Shown one piece after another: positions 1 through 12,084 of a stretch of 64,000 bases of DNA. The stretch's first letter is position 1. The number at the start of each line of letters is the position of its first letter. The position numbers and the translations under genes were made by a program. The stretch is from Macrostomum hystrix. Its lineage: Eukaryota > Animalia > Platyhelminthes. The stretch is taken from NCBI GenBank assembly GCA_950097015.1, contig CATNEN010000038.1, positions 24,242,001-24,306,000 on the forward strand. The letters are read 5' to 3'. The notes beneath the pieces are model-generated. The model saw nothing but the letters and a program-made list of their open reading frames with translations. It did not search any database and was not told the DNA's origin.

Positions 1-494
1 CTAGGAGCATTCCATCGGCTTCTCCGCCAGCAATCAGCACAGCCTGTTCGGCCGCTGTTGAATCGGCTGCCAAAGTTGCGGCGAACAGGCAGCGACGCGA
101 TGGCAGCTGTTCCATCGGCTGCCAGCTGCCAGTCCAGGCGTCCAAGGAGTCCGCCGAAGTCAGATCGGCGTCGTCGCGCCAGCTCCGACCGCCGCCGCGG
201 CCGCCCAGATACAGGAGCCGGCTGCGGTTGCCAAGGCGAGGCGTCGTCAGCAGGGTCGACATCGAAGTCTGCGTCGTTGGAGGAGGAGGCTGCAACAGGC
301 AGCTCAGCGATGGTTCGACTTCAACGCAGCCAAGGCAGGCCAGCATTGAAGCGGACGCCGGCGTTGTCGAAGTCCTAATGGCGTCGGAGGAAACTGCGGC
401 CACCAGATTGTAGCGAATGTGACACCGAAGATTGTCGCGAGCAGCAGCTAGGCGGCTGTGCGGACTGGCGGCTGTCCATCGAATCAGGGTGTAC
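1..494 (-). CDS. BTB-BACK (kelch-like family) protein, exon C (end of BACK domain; open to window edge)
   Basis: Acceptor ctgcag| at 495/494; phase-2 join gives ...ESDALYTLIRWTAASPHSRLAAARDNLRCHIRYNLV, typical of a BACK domain end; no in-frame stop down to position 1. Confidence 0.85.
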
Positions 495-507
495 CTGCAG
501 TTTCATT

Positions 508-780
508 GGTGAGTGGCAGAGCGGTCTAACGAGCTCGATTCCGCGGCGAGGCCACATTCATTTGAGACGTAGCCGCGGAGAGAAGGCTTTGAGGGCTTGT
601 CGTACAATTTACGGCCTTGAGGGCCAGCCTCCAAGGAGATTGTACACAGCGTGACAATCAGAAAGGCAGGGCAGAGTTCCACACCTGTGTGAATTCGTGC
701 TCAGGAGTCAGCGGAATAGGCAGAATTGCCTCCTCGCTGGCTGCGGGTCTAGTGTCACCAAATGATGTACTGCCTACATG
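508..780 (+). mobile_element. tRNA-derived SINE family A, copy 1 (internally deleted head)
   Basis: A-box TGGCAGAGCGG (514-524), B-box-like GAGCTCGATTCC (531-542); body matches 30240-30485, 41020-41152 and 41613-41696 (reverse). Confidence 0.75.
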
Positions 781-809
781 TTTACTAAGTAATTTACAAC
801 TTTAAATTG

Positions 810-1190
810 CCATAACTAACGGAATCGCTTATCTTAACTATATTAACTAAATCTTAACTAGCGATAGTTGATATTATCAAAACTAACGAAAGTGATGATT
901 ATCGTTACTAAAGAGAGAGTGTTCATAATAATAACAATTAACGAAATGTAAAAAGTTTTAATTAACGCAACTGTCAATAACAATATTTAATGGAAGTGTA
1001 GATAAAAAACTAACGGAACTGCTGATTATTACAATTAACGGAAGTGTTTATCATTATTAACGGAAGAGTAGAAAACAATAATTAACGGAAGAATAGATAA
1101 TTGTAATCAACGGAAATGAAGATAGCAATAATTAACGGAATTGTAGGCAATAATAACTAACGGAAATATGAAAAAAAAAATTAACGAAAA
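810..1190. repeat. Degenerate tandem repeat with AATTAACGGAA core
   Basis: Core recurs at roughly 25-30 nt spacing. Confidence 0.6.
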
Positions 1191-1240
1191 ATGTTTTTAA
1201 TTAATTTTATTATTAATATTATTTTTATTTGTATTTTTAC

Positions 1241-3232
1241 TGATCCAGTTAGGATCAGATGGGATAATCCAGTTGGGATCACATGGGATAATCCAGTTAG
1301 GATCAGATGGGATAATCCAGTTGGGATCAGACGGGATAATCCAGTTAGGATCAGATGGGATAATCCAGTTGGGATCAGATGGGATAATCCAGTTAGGATC
1401 AGATGGGATAATCCAGTTAGGATCAGACGGGATATTCTATTTGGGATCAGATGGGATAATCCAGTTGGGATCAGATGCGATAATTAAGTTGGGATCAGAT
1501 GGGATAATCCAGTTAGGATCAGATGAGATAATCCAGTAAGGATCAGATGGGATACTCTATTTGTGATCAGATAGGATAATCCAGTTGGGATCAGATGGGA
1601 TACTCTATTTGTGATCAGATAGGATAATCCAGTTGGGATCAGATGGGATAATCCAGTTGGGATCAGATGGGATAATCCAGTTAGGATCAGATGGGATAAT
1701 CCAGTTAGGATCAGACGGGATATTCTATTTGGGATCAGATGGGATAATCCAGTTGGGATCAGATGCGATAATTAAGTTGGGATCAGATGGGATAATCCAG
1801 TTAGGATCAGATGAGATAATCCAGTTAGGATCAGATGGGATACTCTATTTGTGATCAGATAGGATAATCCAGTTGGGATCAGATGGGATAATCCAGTTAG
1901 GATCAGATGGAATAATCCAGTTGGGATCAGATGGAATAATCCAGTTGGGATCAGATGGAATAATCCAGTTGGGATCAGACGGGATATTCTATTTGGGATC
2001 AGATGGGATAATCCAGTTAGGATCAGATGGAATAATCCAGTTGGGATCAGATAGGATAATCCAGTTGGGATCAGATGGGATAATCCAGTTAGGATCAGAT
2101 GGAATAATCCAGTTGGGATCAGATAGGATAATCCAGTTGGGATCAGATAGGATAATCCAGTTGGGATCAGATGGGATAATCCAGTTGGGATCAGATGGAA
2201 TAATCCAGTTAGGATCAGATAGGATAATCCAGTTGGGATCAGATGGGATAATCCAGTTGGGATCAGATGGAATAATCCAGTTAGGATCAGATGGAATAAT
2301 CCAGTTGGGATCAGATAGGATAATCCAGTTGGGATCAGATGGAATAATCCAGTTGGGATCAGACGGGATATTCTATTTGGGATCAGATGGGATAATCCAG
2401 TTGGGATCAGATAGGATAATCCAGTTGGGATCAGATGGGATAATCCAGTTGGGATCAGATGGAATAATCCAGTTAGGATCAGATGGAATAATCCAGTTGG
2501 GATCAGATAGGATAATCCAGTTGGGATCAGATGGAATAATCCAGTTGGGATCAGACGGGATATTCTATTTGGGATCAGATAGGATAATCCAGTTGGGATC
2601 AGATGGAATAATCCAGTTAGGATCAGATGGAATAATCCAGTTGGGATCAGATAGGATAATCCAGTTGGGATCAGATAGGATAATCCAGTTGGGATCAGAT
2701 GGGATAATCCAGTTGGGATCAGATGGAATAATCCAGTTGGGATCAGATGGAATAATCCAGTTGGGATCAGATGGGATAATCCAGTTGGGATCAGATGGAA
2801 TAATCCAGTTGGGATCAGATGGGATAATCCAGTTGGGATCAGATGGAATAATCCAGTTGGGATCAGATGGGATAATCCAGTTGGGATCAGATGGAATAAT
2901 CCAGTTGGGATCAGATGGAATAATCCAGTTGGGATCAGATGGGATAATCCAGTTAGGATCAGATGGAATAATCCAGTTGGGATCAGATAGGATAATCCAG
3001 TTAGGATCAGATGGAATAATCCAGTTGGGATCAGATAGGATAATCCAGTTGGGATCAGATGGAATAATCCAGTTGGGATCAGATGGAATAATCCAGTTGG
3101 GATCAGATAGGATAATCCAGTTGGGATCAGATGGAATAATCCAGTTGGGATCAGATGGAATAATCCAGTTGGGATCAGATGGAATAATCCAGTTAGGATC
3201 AGATGGAATAATCCAGTTGGGATCAGATGGGA
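1241..3232. repeat. 24-bp minisatellite GATAATCCAGTTGGGATCAGATGG (~80 units), intronic
   Basis: Direct reading; explains the LGSDGIIQ / IIPSDPNW pseudo-ORFs. Confidence 0.97.
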
Positions 3233-3297
3233 TCGTCAACGGTATTACATTAAGTAATCCAATAGAATATATAAAATATGAAAACCAGCAGACTAAC

Positions 3298-3572
3298 AGT
3301 GCATCAGATTCGCATTGCACCCGAAGGCACTCGTCAGCTAGCAGGCGTTTGATCAGCCAATCGGGCGCATCGTCCAGTGCACCGACGTCGGCCAGCGATC
3401 GGGCGTCGGCTTTCATGAAAGCGTAGGCGGCCTCTTTAAGTCGATTGTCGCCGTGCGCGTCGGCCAGTAGGTACAAAGGCACGCAGTTTTCAGGCCCGAT
3501 GCAATTTGACATGCCCTGACGCAGCCGCTCTAATAGGCTGTCCAGCTGAAGCAGGGCTGCGGCTTCGTAGAC
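3298..3572 (-). CDS. BTB-BACK protein, exon B (BTB end, BACK start)
   Basis: ccgtag|GTC TAC GAA: VYEAAALLQLDSLLERLRQGMSNCIGPENCVPLYLLADAH...LRVQCESDA; donor CT|gttagt; phases 0/2 match both neighbours. Confidence 0.88.
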
Positions 3573-3587
3573 CTACGGTTATGACAG

Positions 3588-4457
3588 TGATTGATTGATT
3601 GGTCGATTGATCGATTCATAGCTTGATTAATGGGCTCATTGGTTGAATTATGGACAGATTGACACTTGGAATCATAAGATACATTGATTTTTCGTTTAGT
3701 ATATTGATTGATAAATTATCGATAGATAGATTGATTGGTTGATTGATTGATTGATCGATTGATAAACTAACTTGCTACAATATTGGCTAATTTACTGTTT
3801 AATTAGCAGATTTTTTTTATCGAATAACTGACTGACTGGTTGATTGATTTGTTGATTGGTTTATTGCTTGATTAGTTGAATACCTGACTGATGAGTTAAT
3901 TGATTGATTGATCGATCGACTGAAAAAAGAATTGATTTGTTGACTGATCGATTGATCGATGACTAAAGAAATGATTGATTGATTGATTTGTTGATAGACT
4001 GACTGATTGATTGACTTTTAATTGGTTGGATGATTGGTTGATTGGTTGGTTGATTGATTGATTTAATAATTTATTGACTGACTGGTTGATTGATTGATTG
4101 ATTGACTGATTGATTGATTGACTGACTGACTGATTGATTGATTGACTTTTAATTGGTTGGTTGATTGGTTGACTGATTGTTTGATTGATTGATTAATTGA
4201 TTGATTGATTGGTTGATTGACATTTAATTGGTTGGTTGATTGGTTGATTGATTGATTGATTGATTGATTGATTAATTGATTGACTGACTGGTTGATTGAT
4301 TGATTGATTGATTGACTGATTGATTGATTGACTGACTGACTGATTGATTGATTGACTTTTAATTGGTTGGTTGATTGGTTGATAGATTAATTGATTGACT
4401 GATTGATTGATTGGTTGATTGACTTTTAATTGGTTGGTTGATTGGTTGATTGATTGG

Positions 4458-4503
<46 letters not shown>

Positions 4504-4627
4504 AATTAATTGATTGACTGACTGGTTGATTGATTGATTGATTGACTGATTGATTGATTGACTGACTGACTGATTGATTGATTGACTTTTAATTGGTTGG
4601 TTGATTGGTTGATTGATTGATTGATTT

Positions 4628-4659
<32 letters not shown>

Positions 4660-4660
4660 T
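3588..4660. repeat. (GATT)n/(GGTT)n microsatellite filling an intron
   Basis: Direct reading. Confidence 0.95.
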
Positions 4661-4739
4661 TTTTAAAGCTTCGGACTCCTAACCGAGAGGTCTGAAGTTC
4701 GTATCTCATCTGAATTGTTTGATTGATTTTCGATCTCAC

Positions 4740-5129
4740 CGCCTGAGCCAGAAAGGGTGAGAAGTGGAATTCTCCAGTGTAAACGAATCGCAGCACGGCT
4801 TCCAGAGCTGCCGGGGTCACCGAGCCCAGCCGAATGACGGAGCCGACGCCGGCAGCCTCCAGAGCAGCGCCCTCCGGCCTGGGAGCGAACAGGGCTCGAA
4901 AATATGGCGTGGCTGCTGCCAGCACCACCCGGTGAGCTGGGAACTTTCGACTCCTCTCGCCAAGCTGCTCCTCATCATTATTGTCGCCGATTTCATTGTC
5001 ATCGAAGCTTTCATCTTCGGTACAGTTCGACGCGATTAAATAAACGTCTGATAATTCTGAATTGTTATAGAGGCTAGATAGGCCGGTCAGCAAGACCGAG
5101 GACCACTGCGACAGCAGCTGCGGCTGGGA
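4740..5129 (-). CDS. BTB-BACK protein, exon A (BTB/POZ domain); start codon unresolved
   Basis: LYNNSELSDVYLIA...KFPAHRVVLAAATPYFRALF...ALEAVLRFVYTGE is a canonical BTB; acceptor atttcag| at 5130/5129; donor GCG|gtgaga at 4740/4739; in-frame ATG at 5192 is an alternative start. Confidence 0.88.
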
Positions 5130-5234
5130 CTGAAATAATGAGGATCCCAAAGATTTTAGGCAAGGGGATAATAGGTGATAAATATTATCCATTCGGGATC
5201 CTTAGATTTTCCGGAAAATTAATCACCCAATCAA

Positions 5235-6940
5235 TCTGGTATTCGACTAGGAATCTTATGTGATATTCGAGTTGGGATCTTATGGGATATTCGAGTTGGG
5301 ATATTATGGGATATTCGAGTTGGGATCATTATGGGATATTCGAGTTGGGATCTTATGTGATATTCGAGTTGGGATCTTATGGGATATTCGAGTTGGGATC
5401 TTATGGGATATTCCAGTTAAGATCTTATGTGATATTCGAGTTGGGATCTTATGGGATATTCGAGTTGGGATCTTATGGGATACTCGAGTTGGGATCCTAT
5501 GGGATACTCGAGTTGGGATCTTATGGGATATTCGAGTTGGGATCATTATGGGATACTCGAGTTGGGATCTTATGGGATATTCGAGTTGGGATCATTATGG
5601 GATATTCGAGTTGGGATCATTATGGGATACTCGAGTTGGGATCTTATGGGATATTCGAGTTGGGATCATTATGGGATATTCGAGTTGGGATCTTGTGGGA
5701 TATTCGAGTTGGGATCATTATGGGATATTCGAGTTGGGATCTTATGGGATATTCGAGTTGGGATCATTATGGGATATTCGAGTTGGGATCTTATGTGATA
5801 ATCAATTTGAGATCTTATGAGATATCCGAGTTAGGATCTTATTTGATATTCAAGTTGGGATCTTATGGGATATTCGAGTTGAGATCTTATGGGATACTCG
5901 AGTTGGGATCTTATGGGATATTCGAGTTGGGATCTTATGGGATACTCGAGTTGGGATCTTATGGGATACTCGAGTTGGGATCTTATGGGATATTCGAGTT
6001 GGGATCATTATGGGATACTCGAGTTGGGATCTTATGGGATATTCGAGTTGGGATCTTATGGGATATTCGAGTTGGGATCATTATGGGATACTCGAGTTGG
6101 GATCTTATGGGATATTCGAGTTGGGATCATTATGGGATATTCGAGTTGGGATCTTATGGGATATTCGAGTTGGGATCTTATGGGATATTCGAGTTGGGAT
6201 CTTATGGGATACTCGAGTTGGGATCTTATGGGATATTCGAGTTGGGATCTTATGGGATATTCGAGTTGGGATCATTATGGGATATTCGAGTTGGGATCTT
6301 ATGTGATATTCGAGTTGGGATCTTATGGGATATTCGAGTTGGGATCTTATGTGATATTCAAGTTGGGATCTTATGTGATATTCGAGTTGAGATCTTATGA
6401 GATATCCGAGTTGGGATCTTATGAGATATCCGAGTTGGGATCTTATGGGATATTCGAGTTGGGATCTTATGTGATATTCGAGTTGGGATCTTATGGGATA
6501 TTCGAGTTGGGATCTTATGAGATATTCGAGTTGGGATCTTATGAGATATCCGAGTTGGGATCTTATGTGATATTCGAGTTGGGATCTTATGGGATATTCG
6601 AGTTGGGATCTTATGGGATATTCGAGTTGGGATCTTATGAGATATTCGAGTTGGGATCTAATGAGATATCCGAGTTGGGATCTTATGTGATATTCGAGTT
6701 GGGATCTTATGGGATATTCGAGTTGGGATCTTATGTGATATTCGAGTTGGGATCTTATGGGATATTCGAGTTGGGATCTTATGTGATATTCAAGTTGGGA
6801 TCTAATGTGATATTCGAGTTGGGATCTTATGGGATTTTCAAATTGGGATCTTATGGGATATTCGAGTTGGGATCTTATGTGATATTCAAGTTGGGATCTT
6901 ATGTGATATTCGAGTTGGGATCTTATGTGATATTCGAGTA
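5235..6940. repeat. 24-bp minisatellite GATATTCGAGTTGGGATCTTATGG (with +2 nt variants)
   Basis: Direct reading; shares AGTTGGGATC core and period with the 1241-3232 array. Confidence 0.97.
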
Positions 6941-6964
6941 GGAATATTTGAGGGTATTGGGATA

Positions 6965-8165
6965 TATATGGGATATTCCATTTGGGATCAGATGGGATAA
7001 TCCAGTTGGGATCATATGGGATAATCCAGTTGGGATCAGATGGGATAATCCAGTTGGGATCAGATGGGATAATCCAGTTGGGATCAGATGAGATAATCCA
7101 CTTGGGATAAGATAGGATAATCCTGTAGGGATCAGATAAGATAATCAATTTAGGATCAGATGGGATGATCCAGTTAAAATCAGATGGAGTAATCTAGTTG
7201 GGATCAGATGGGATAATCCAGTTGGGATAAGATAGGATAATCCTGTAGGGATCAGATAAGATAATCAATTTAGGATCAGATGGGATGATCCAGTTAGAAT
7301 CAGATGGAGTAATCTAGTTGGGATCAGATGGGATAATCCAGTTGGGATAAGATAGGATAATCCTGTAGGGATCAGATAAGATAATCAATTTAGGATCAGA
7401 TGGGATGATCCAGTTAGAATTAGATGGAGTAATCCAGTTGGGATCAGATGGGATAATCCAGTTGGGATCAGATGGGTAATCCAGTTGGGATCATATGGGA
7501 TAATCCAGTTGGGATCAGATGGGATAATCCAGTTGGGATCAGATGGGATAATCCAGTTGGGATCAGATGAGATAATCCACTTGGGATAAGATAGGATAAT
7601 ACTGTAGGGATCAGATAAGATAATCAATTTAGGATCAGATGGGATGATCCAGTTAGAATCAGATGGAGTAATCTAGTTGGGATCAGATGGGATAATCCAG
7701 TTGGGATAAGATAGGATAATCCTGTAGGGATCAGATAAGATAATCAATTTAGGATCAGATGGGATGATCCAGTTAGAATCAGATGGAGTAATCTAGTTGG
7801 GATCAGATGGGATAATCCAGTTGGGATAAGATAGGATAATCCTGTAGGGATCAGATAAGATAATCAATTTAGGATCAGATGGGATGATCCAGTTAGAATT
7901 AGATGGAGTAATCCAGTTGGGATCAGATGGGATAATCCAGTTGGGATCAGATGGGTAATCCAGTTGGGATCATATGGGATAATCCAGTTGGGATCAGATG
8001 GGATAATCCAGTTGGGATCAGATTGGGTTATCCAGTTGGGATCAGATGGGATAATCCAGTTGGGATCAGATAGGGTTATCTAGTTGGGATCAGATGGGAT
8101 AATCCATTTGGGATCAGACCAGTTAGGAACTGATGGGATAATCCTGTTAGGATCAGATGGGCTAT
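6965..8165. repeat. 24-bp minisatellite GATAATCCAGTTGGGATCAGATGG with ~120-bp higher-order units
   Basis: Same unit as 1241-3232; a block containing ...cctgtagggatcagataagataatcaattt... recurs every ~120 nt. Confidence 0.95.
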
Positions 8166-9211
8166 TCTGGTCGGGAATAGTATAGTTAGGATCATATTTT
8201 TTAGTTAGCATAATTTTGGTTCAGAACAGAAATAAAAGAGACAAATTGTCAAACACGGCTAATTTATAGCATTAAAACAATTCTAAGTGTGGGACTCTCC
8301 TATTAGCAGCAAATAAATGTGATATATATTTGAACACTGCAAGCTGAGCTACATAAGTGAGATGACATAGAACGTGACTAGCTTTGACAACACAGTTTAT
8401 CTAGTATCTAAGCGACATGTGTCATAAAAGTTGTTTGTTTTTTTAAGCGAAGTAAAAGCAAAATCTAGAAGGGATACAACGGAAAAATTCTGTTTCCTAG
8501 AAAAAAAGAGAACGAATAAGAAAGGAATTGTATTGAAAAACTGACTAGACATATTCTGGCTAAATTAGCTTGATAAAATCACAGGATTTAACATTTAAGC
8601 AGCAAATAGCTGCAAAACAAGATGTAAAATAGGAAAGCTAGGAATGCTATAATATTCAATTAGGCTTCAACTATAAGCTATTCAGTATAAGAGCTGAGCA
8701 TAGAACAACTAGTTTTTTATCTACTTATAGTAATAGTTATCGAGCATGAGCGAGTTAAATTGCTAATCGCAATTTGTATTTATGATATTTTTACTTAACT
8801 CGGAATTGCTCATCACAGACTACTATGAGTACAATGACTAGAAAAATATGCATGCAACTAGGTATAAGAGTACTGTGCTAGTTAAACATTTGTAAAACAT
8901 ATGTGTAGGTGTTTGATAGAAAAATCGAAAAAAATATTTGAAATATTATGCTTAAGATATAATGTCGGACAAAAGGAAATGGTAAAAAATTTTATTAAAA
9001 AACCAGCGATATTTTTGTGATGCGTTAAAGTAGAAGCGTTAAAGTTAAACTACTAATTTTATGCATTAGTGTCGCTTCTAAGAATTTCAGTTGATTAGCA
9101 ATAGGTATATTGTTTCATTATTTCTTAAAACTTTCTTAAGTATGAAAAAAATACTAGAATGTTAGAGAATGACAAATTTATGTGAAACATCCACATTATA
9201 ATTGGGTTTCA

Positions 9212-9860
9212 AGTAAATGACTTAGATCCTCAAGTAACTGACCTAGATCCTCAAGTAACTGACCTAGATTCTCAAGTAACTGACATAGATCCTTAAGTAA
9301 CTGACCTAGATCCTCAAGTAACTGACCTAGATTCTAAAGTAACTGACCTAGATTCTAAAGTAACTGACCTAGATTCTAAAGTAACTGACCTAGATCCTCA
9401 AGTAACTGACCTAGATTCTTAAGTAACTGACCTAGATCCTCAAGTAACTGACCTAGATTCTCAAGAAACTGACCTAGATCCTCAAGTAACTGACCTAGAT
9501 TCTCAAGTAACTGACCTAGATTCTCAAGTAACTGACCTAGATTCTCAAGTAACTGACTTAGACTCTCAAGTAACTGACCTAGATCCTTAAGTAACTGACC
9601 TAGATTCTCAAGTAACTGACCAAGACTCTCAAGTAACTGACCTAGATTCTCAAGTAACTGACCAAGATTCTCAAGTAACTGACCTAGATTCTCAAGTAAC
9701 TGACCTAGATTCTCAAGTAACTGACCTAGATCCTCAAGTAACTGACCTAGATTCTCAAGTAACTGACCTAGATTCTCAAGTAACTGACCTAGACTCTCAA
9801 GTAACTGACCTAGATCCTCAAGTAACTGACCTAGATCCTCAAGTACCTGACCTAGATTCA
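9212..9860. repeat. 21-bp minisatellite AAGTAACTGACCTAGATTCTC
   Basis: Direct reading; explains the LGQLLEN pseudo-ORF. Confidence 0.96.
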
Positions 9861-10165
9861 AATTTACATGACCTATTACGATGAGTACTTGCCATGAACA
9901 AACAGATGTAGTTTTTAAGAATTAGTCAAGACTGAATAAAAACAAATTCCTAGAAGCAAAAAATGTAGCATATATTACTAGCTATGGATAAAAAGTTGCT
10001 GAGATAATATTAACTTCTAGAGAACAATAAAAACCAATTCAGTAAAGGATGATTTCCTTCAGCTATAAAATTAAGCCAAATATATTTTTAAATAAAATAC
10101 CCAAAAATGATAGTTGTTTCACAAAGCCTGCTGGCTTAAAATGAAACTAATTCAATGACCGTGTT

Positions 10166-10310
10166 TCACATTGGTCTCTGCTGCGAACCGGCGCCACCGT
10201 AGGGACTGTGTTGCTGCTGCTGCTGCTGCGGTGGCGGTCCCTGACCTCCGACCACGCCTCCACCGCCTCCAACGTAGCCACCTCCGCCGGGACCCTGCTG
10301 TCCCATTGGC

Positions 10311-10342
<32 letters not shown>

Positions 10343-10381
10343 AGGATTGCCGCTGATGTAGCCGCCAGCACCTCCCATCAT
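10166..10381 (-). CDS. TFG: TFG (TRK-fused gene) homolog, last exon (G/Q/P-rich tail)
   Basis: ccacag|ATG ATG GGA, phase 0; TGA at 10168-10166. Confidence 0.85.
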
Positions 10382-10639
10382 CTGTGGATCAGATTTTTGC
10401 GAAATTTTATTAATACGTAATGTTTTCAACATTTTGTAGATAACCAGGGCGGTGTCAGTAACTACACAGATAACTAAAGCACCTTGCCGGCCATTAGAAG
10501 GATAATTAGCACACCTGGTGGATAATTAACCGGATAATTGACACACCTAATCTGCAGTTATACGGAATATTAGCAAAAATGTCGGTAATTATAGTTTCAC
10601 TTAAATGCATAAATCCTTAAATACTCGAATCAACAAGTT

Positions 10640-11190
10640 CCTAAATATGCGAATCCCTAAAGTCCCAATTCATAGATTCCCAAATCCCTAAACTCTCAAA
10701 GTCACTAAATCCCAGAAATTCCTAAATCCCCAAATCCAAAAATCCCCTAATCTCTAAAATCATTATATACTGAAAATCCCGAAAATCACGAATCTCAAGA
10801 TCCCCAAATCCCTAGATCCCTAAATCTCTAGATCCCAAATCCCTAGATCCCCAAATCCCTAAATCCCCAAATCCCTTGATCCCTAAACCCTAGATCCGCA
10901 AATCCCTAGATCCCCAAATCCCTAGATCCCAAAATCCCTAGATCCCTAAATCCCTAGATCCCCAAATCCCTAGATCCCCAAATCCCTAGATCCCCAAATC
11001 CCTAGATCCCCAAATCCCTAGATCCCCAAATCCCTAGATCCCCAAATCCCTAGAGCCCCAAATCCCTAGATCCCCAAATCCCTAGATCCCCAAATCCCTA
11101 GATCCCCAAATCCCTAGATCCCCAAATCCCTAAATCCCTAAATGTCCAGATCTCCAAATCCTTAAAACCTAGAATATCTAAATCTCCCAA
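10640..11190. repeat. 16-bp minisatellite ATCCCCAAATCCCTAG (degenerate edges)
   Basis: Direct reading; TFG intron 3. Confidence 0.93.
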
Positions 11191-11214
11191 TCCCAATACC
11201 TATATGCAACTTAC

Positions 11215-11512
11215 CTGTTGCTGAGGCCCGCCGCCCATAGGCCGTTGCTGCTGCGGGCCGCCATAGCCACCTGGGCCCATCAGTGGCGGACCGCCACGTG
11301 TCGGCGAAGCCTGACGCGATTGGCGCGACTGATGAAACGACGGCGGTGGCGGCGGCCCGGCGCCATCGCCGGCATAGCTCTGCGACATCCGACGCTGCGG
11401 TCCGCCCATCATCGACTGGGGCGGCGGAGGCGGCTGCTGCTGCTGCTGCATGTGATTCTGGGCATCATAGTCGCCGCCACCAATGCCGCGAGGTCCCATT
11501 GGCGGTCCACCA
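11215..11512 (-). CDS. TFG: TFG homolog, exon 3 (P/Q/G-rich)
   Basis: tttttag|T GGT GGA CCG CCA ATG, phase 2; donor CAG|gtaagt. Confidence 0.85.
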
Positions 11513-11547
11513 CTAAAAATTATTCAATGATCAAGGATCATTACACA

Positions 11548-11822
11548 AGGATCTGAGGATCTGGGATTCTGGGATTCAAGGATCTGGGATTCTGGAATCT
11601 GGGATTCTGGGATTTGGGGATCCTAGATTCTTGAATCTGGGATCTGGGATCTGGGATCTGGGATTCAATGATCTGGGATTCAAGGATCTGTGATTCAAGG
11701 ATCTGGGATTCAAGGATCTGCGATTCAAGGATCTGGGATCTGGCCAGGGATTCGGAATTCTGGGATCTAAAATCTTGGGATCTGGTATCTTGGGATCTGG
11801 TATCTTGGGATCTGGTATCCTG
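11548..11822. repeat. ~15-bp minisatellite GGATCTGGGATTCAA
   Basis: Direct reading; TFG intron 2. Confidence 0.9.
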
Positions 11823-11848
11823 GTGAGAACTACAAAGGAGGATCTCAC

Positions 11849-12033
11849 CGATAACCACCGGGTGGCTGCTGCTGCTGCTGCATGTGTGGCGGCAGCATAT
11901 GCTGCGGAGGCTGCCCTCCGCCTGGCCCCATCATCATACTCCCGGAAGCTCCAGTTGACACGGCCAGCTTAGCCGCGGCTGCCTGGAGTTGATCTAGAGC
12001 CCCTGATGCGCGATCTCTAATCGACTGCAATTC
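11849..12033 (-). CDS. TFG: TFG homolog, exon 2 (coiled coil)
   Basis: cttccag|GAA: ELQSIRDRASGALDQLQ resembles the TFG coiled coil; donor CG|gtgaga. Confidence 0.87.
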
Positions 12034-12084
12034 CTGGAAGGAGCGAGTGAATACGATTCGATGAGACGAGAGAAAAATTCGATG

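Noticed and set aside
755-775. C/D-box snoRNA suggested by AATGATGT in SINE-A
   Set aside because: Imperfect C box at the 3' end of a dispersed repeat, antisense to the host genes, with no properly placed D box or terminal stem
2565-3297. Read-through of BTB exon B into IIPSDPNW repeats as a real C-terminus
   Set aside because: A donor at 3298 restores the BACK domain in frame with exon C; read-through would require intron retention, for which there is no evidence
1873-3426. 517-aa LGSDGIIQ ORF and similar long repeat ORFs (5282-6941, 9376-9861, 12084-12953, 38305-40263, 46223-48440)
   Set aside because: Translations of intronic or intergenic minisatellites with unit lengths divisible by 3; often open on both strands or several frames; they lie inside introns or spacers of well-supported genes
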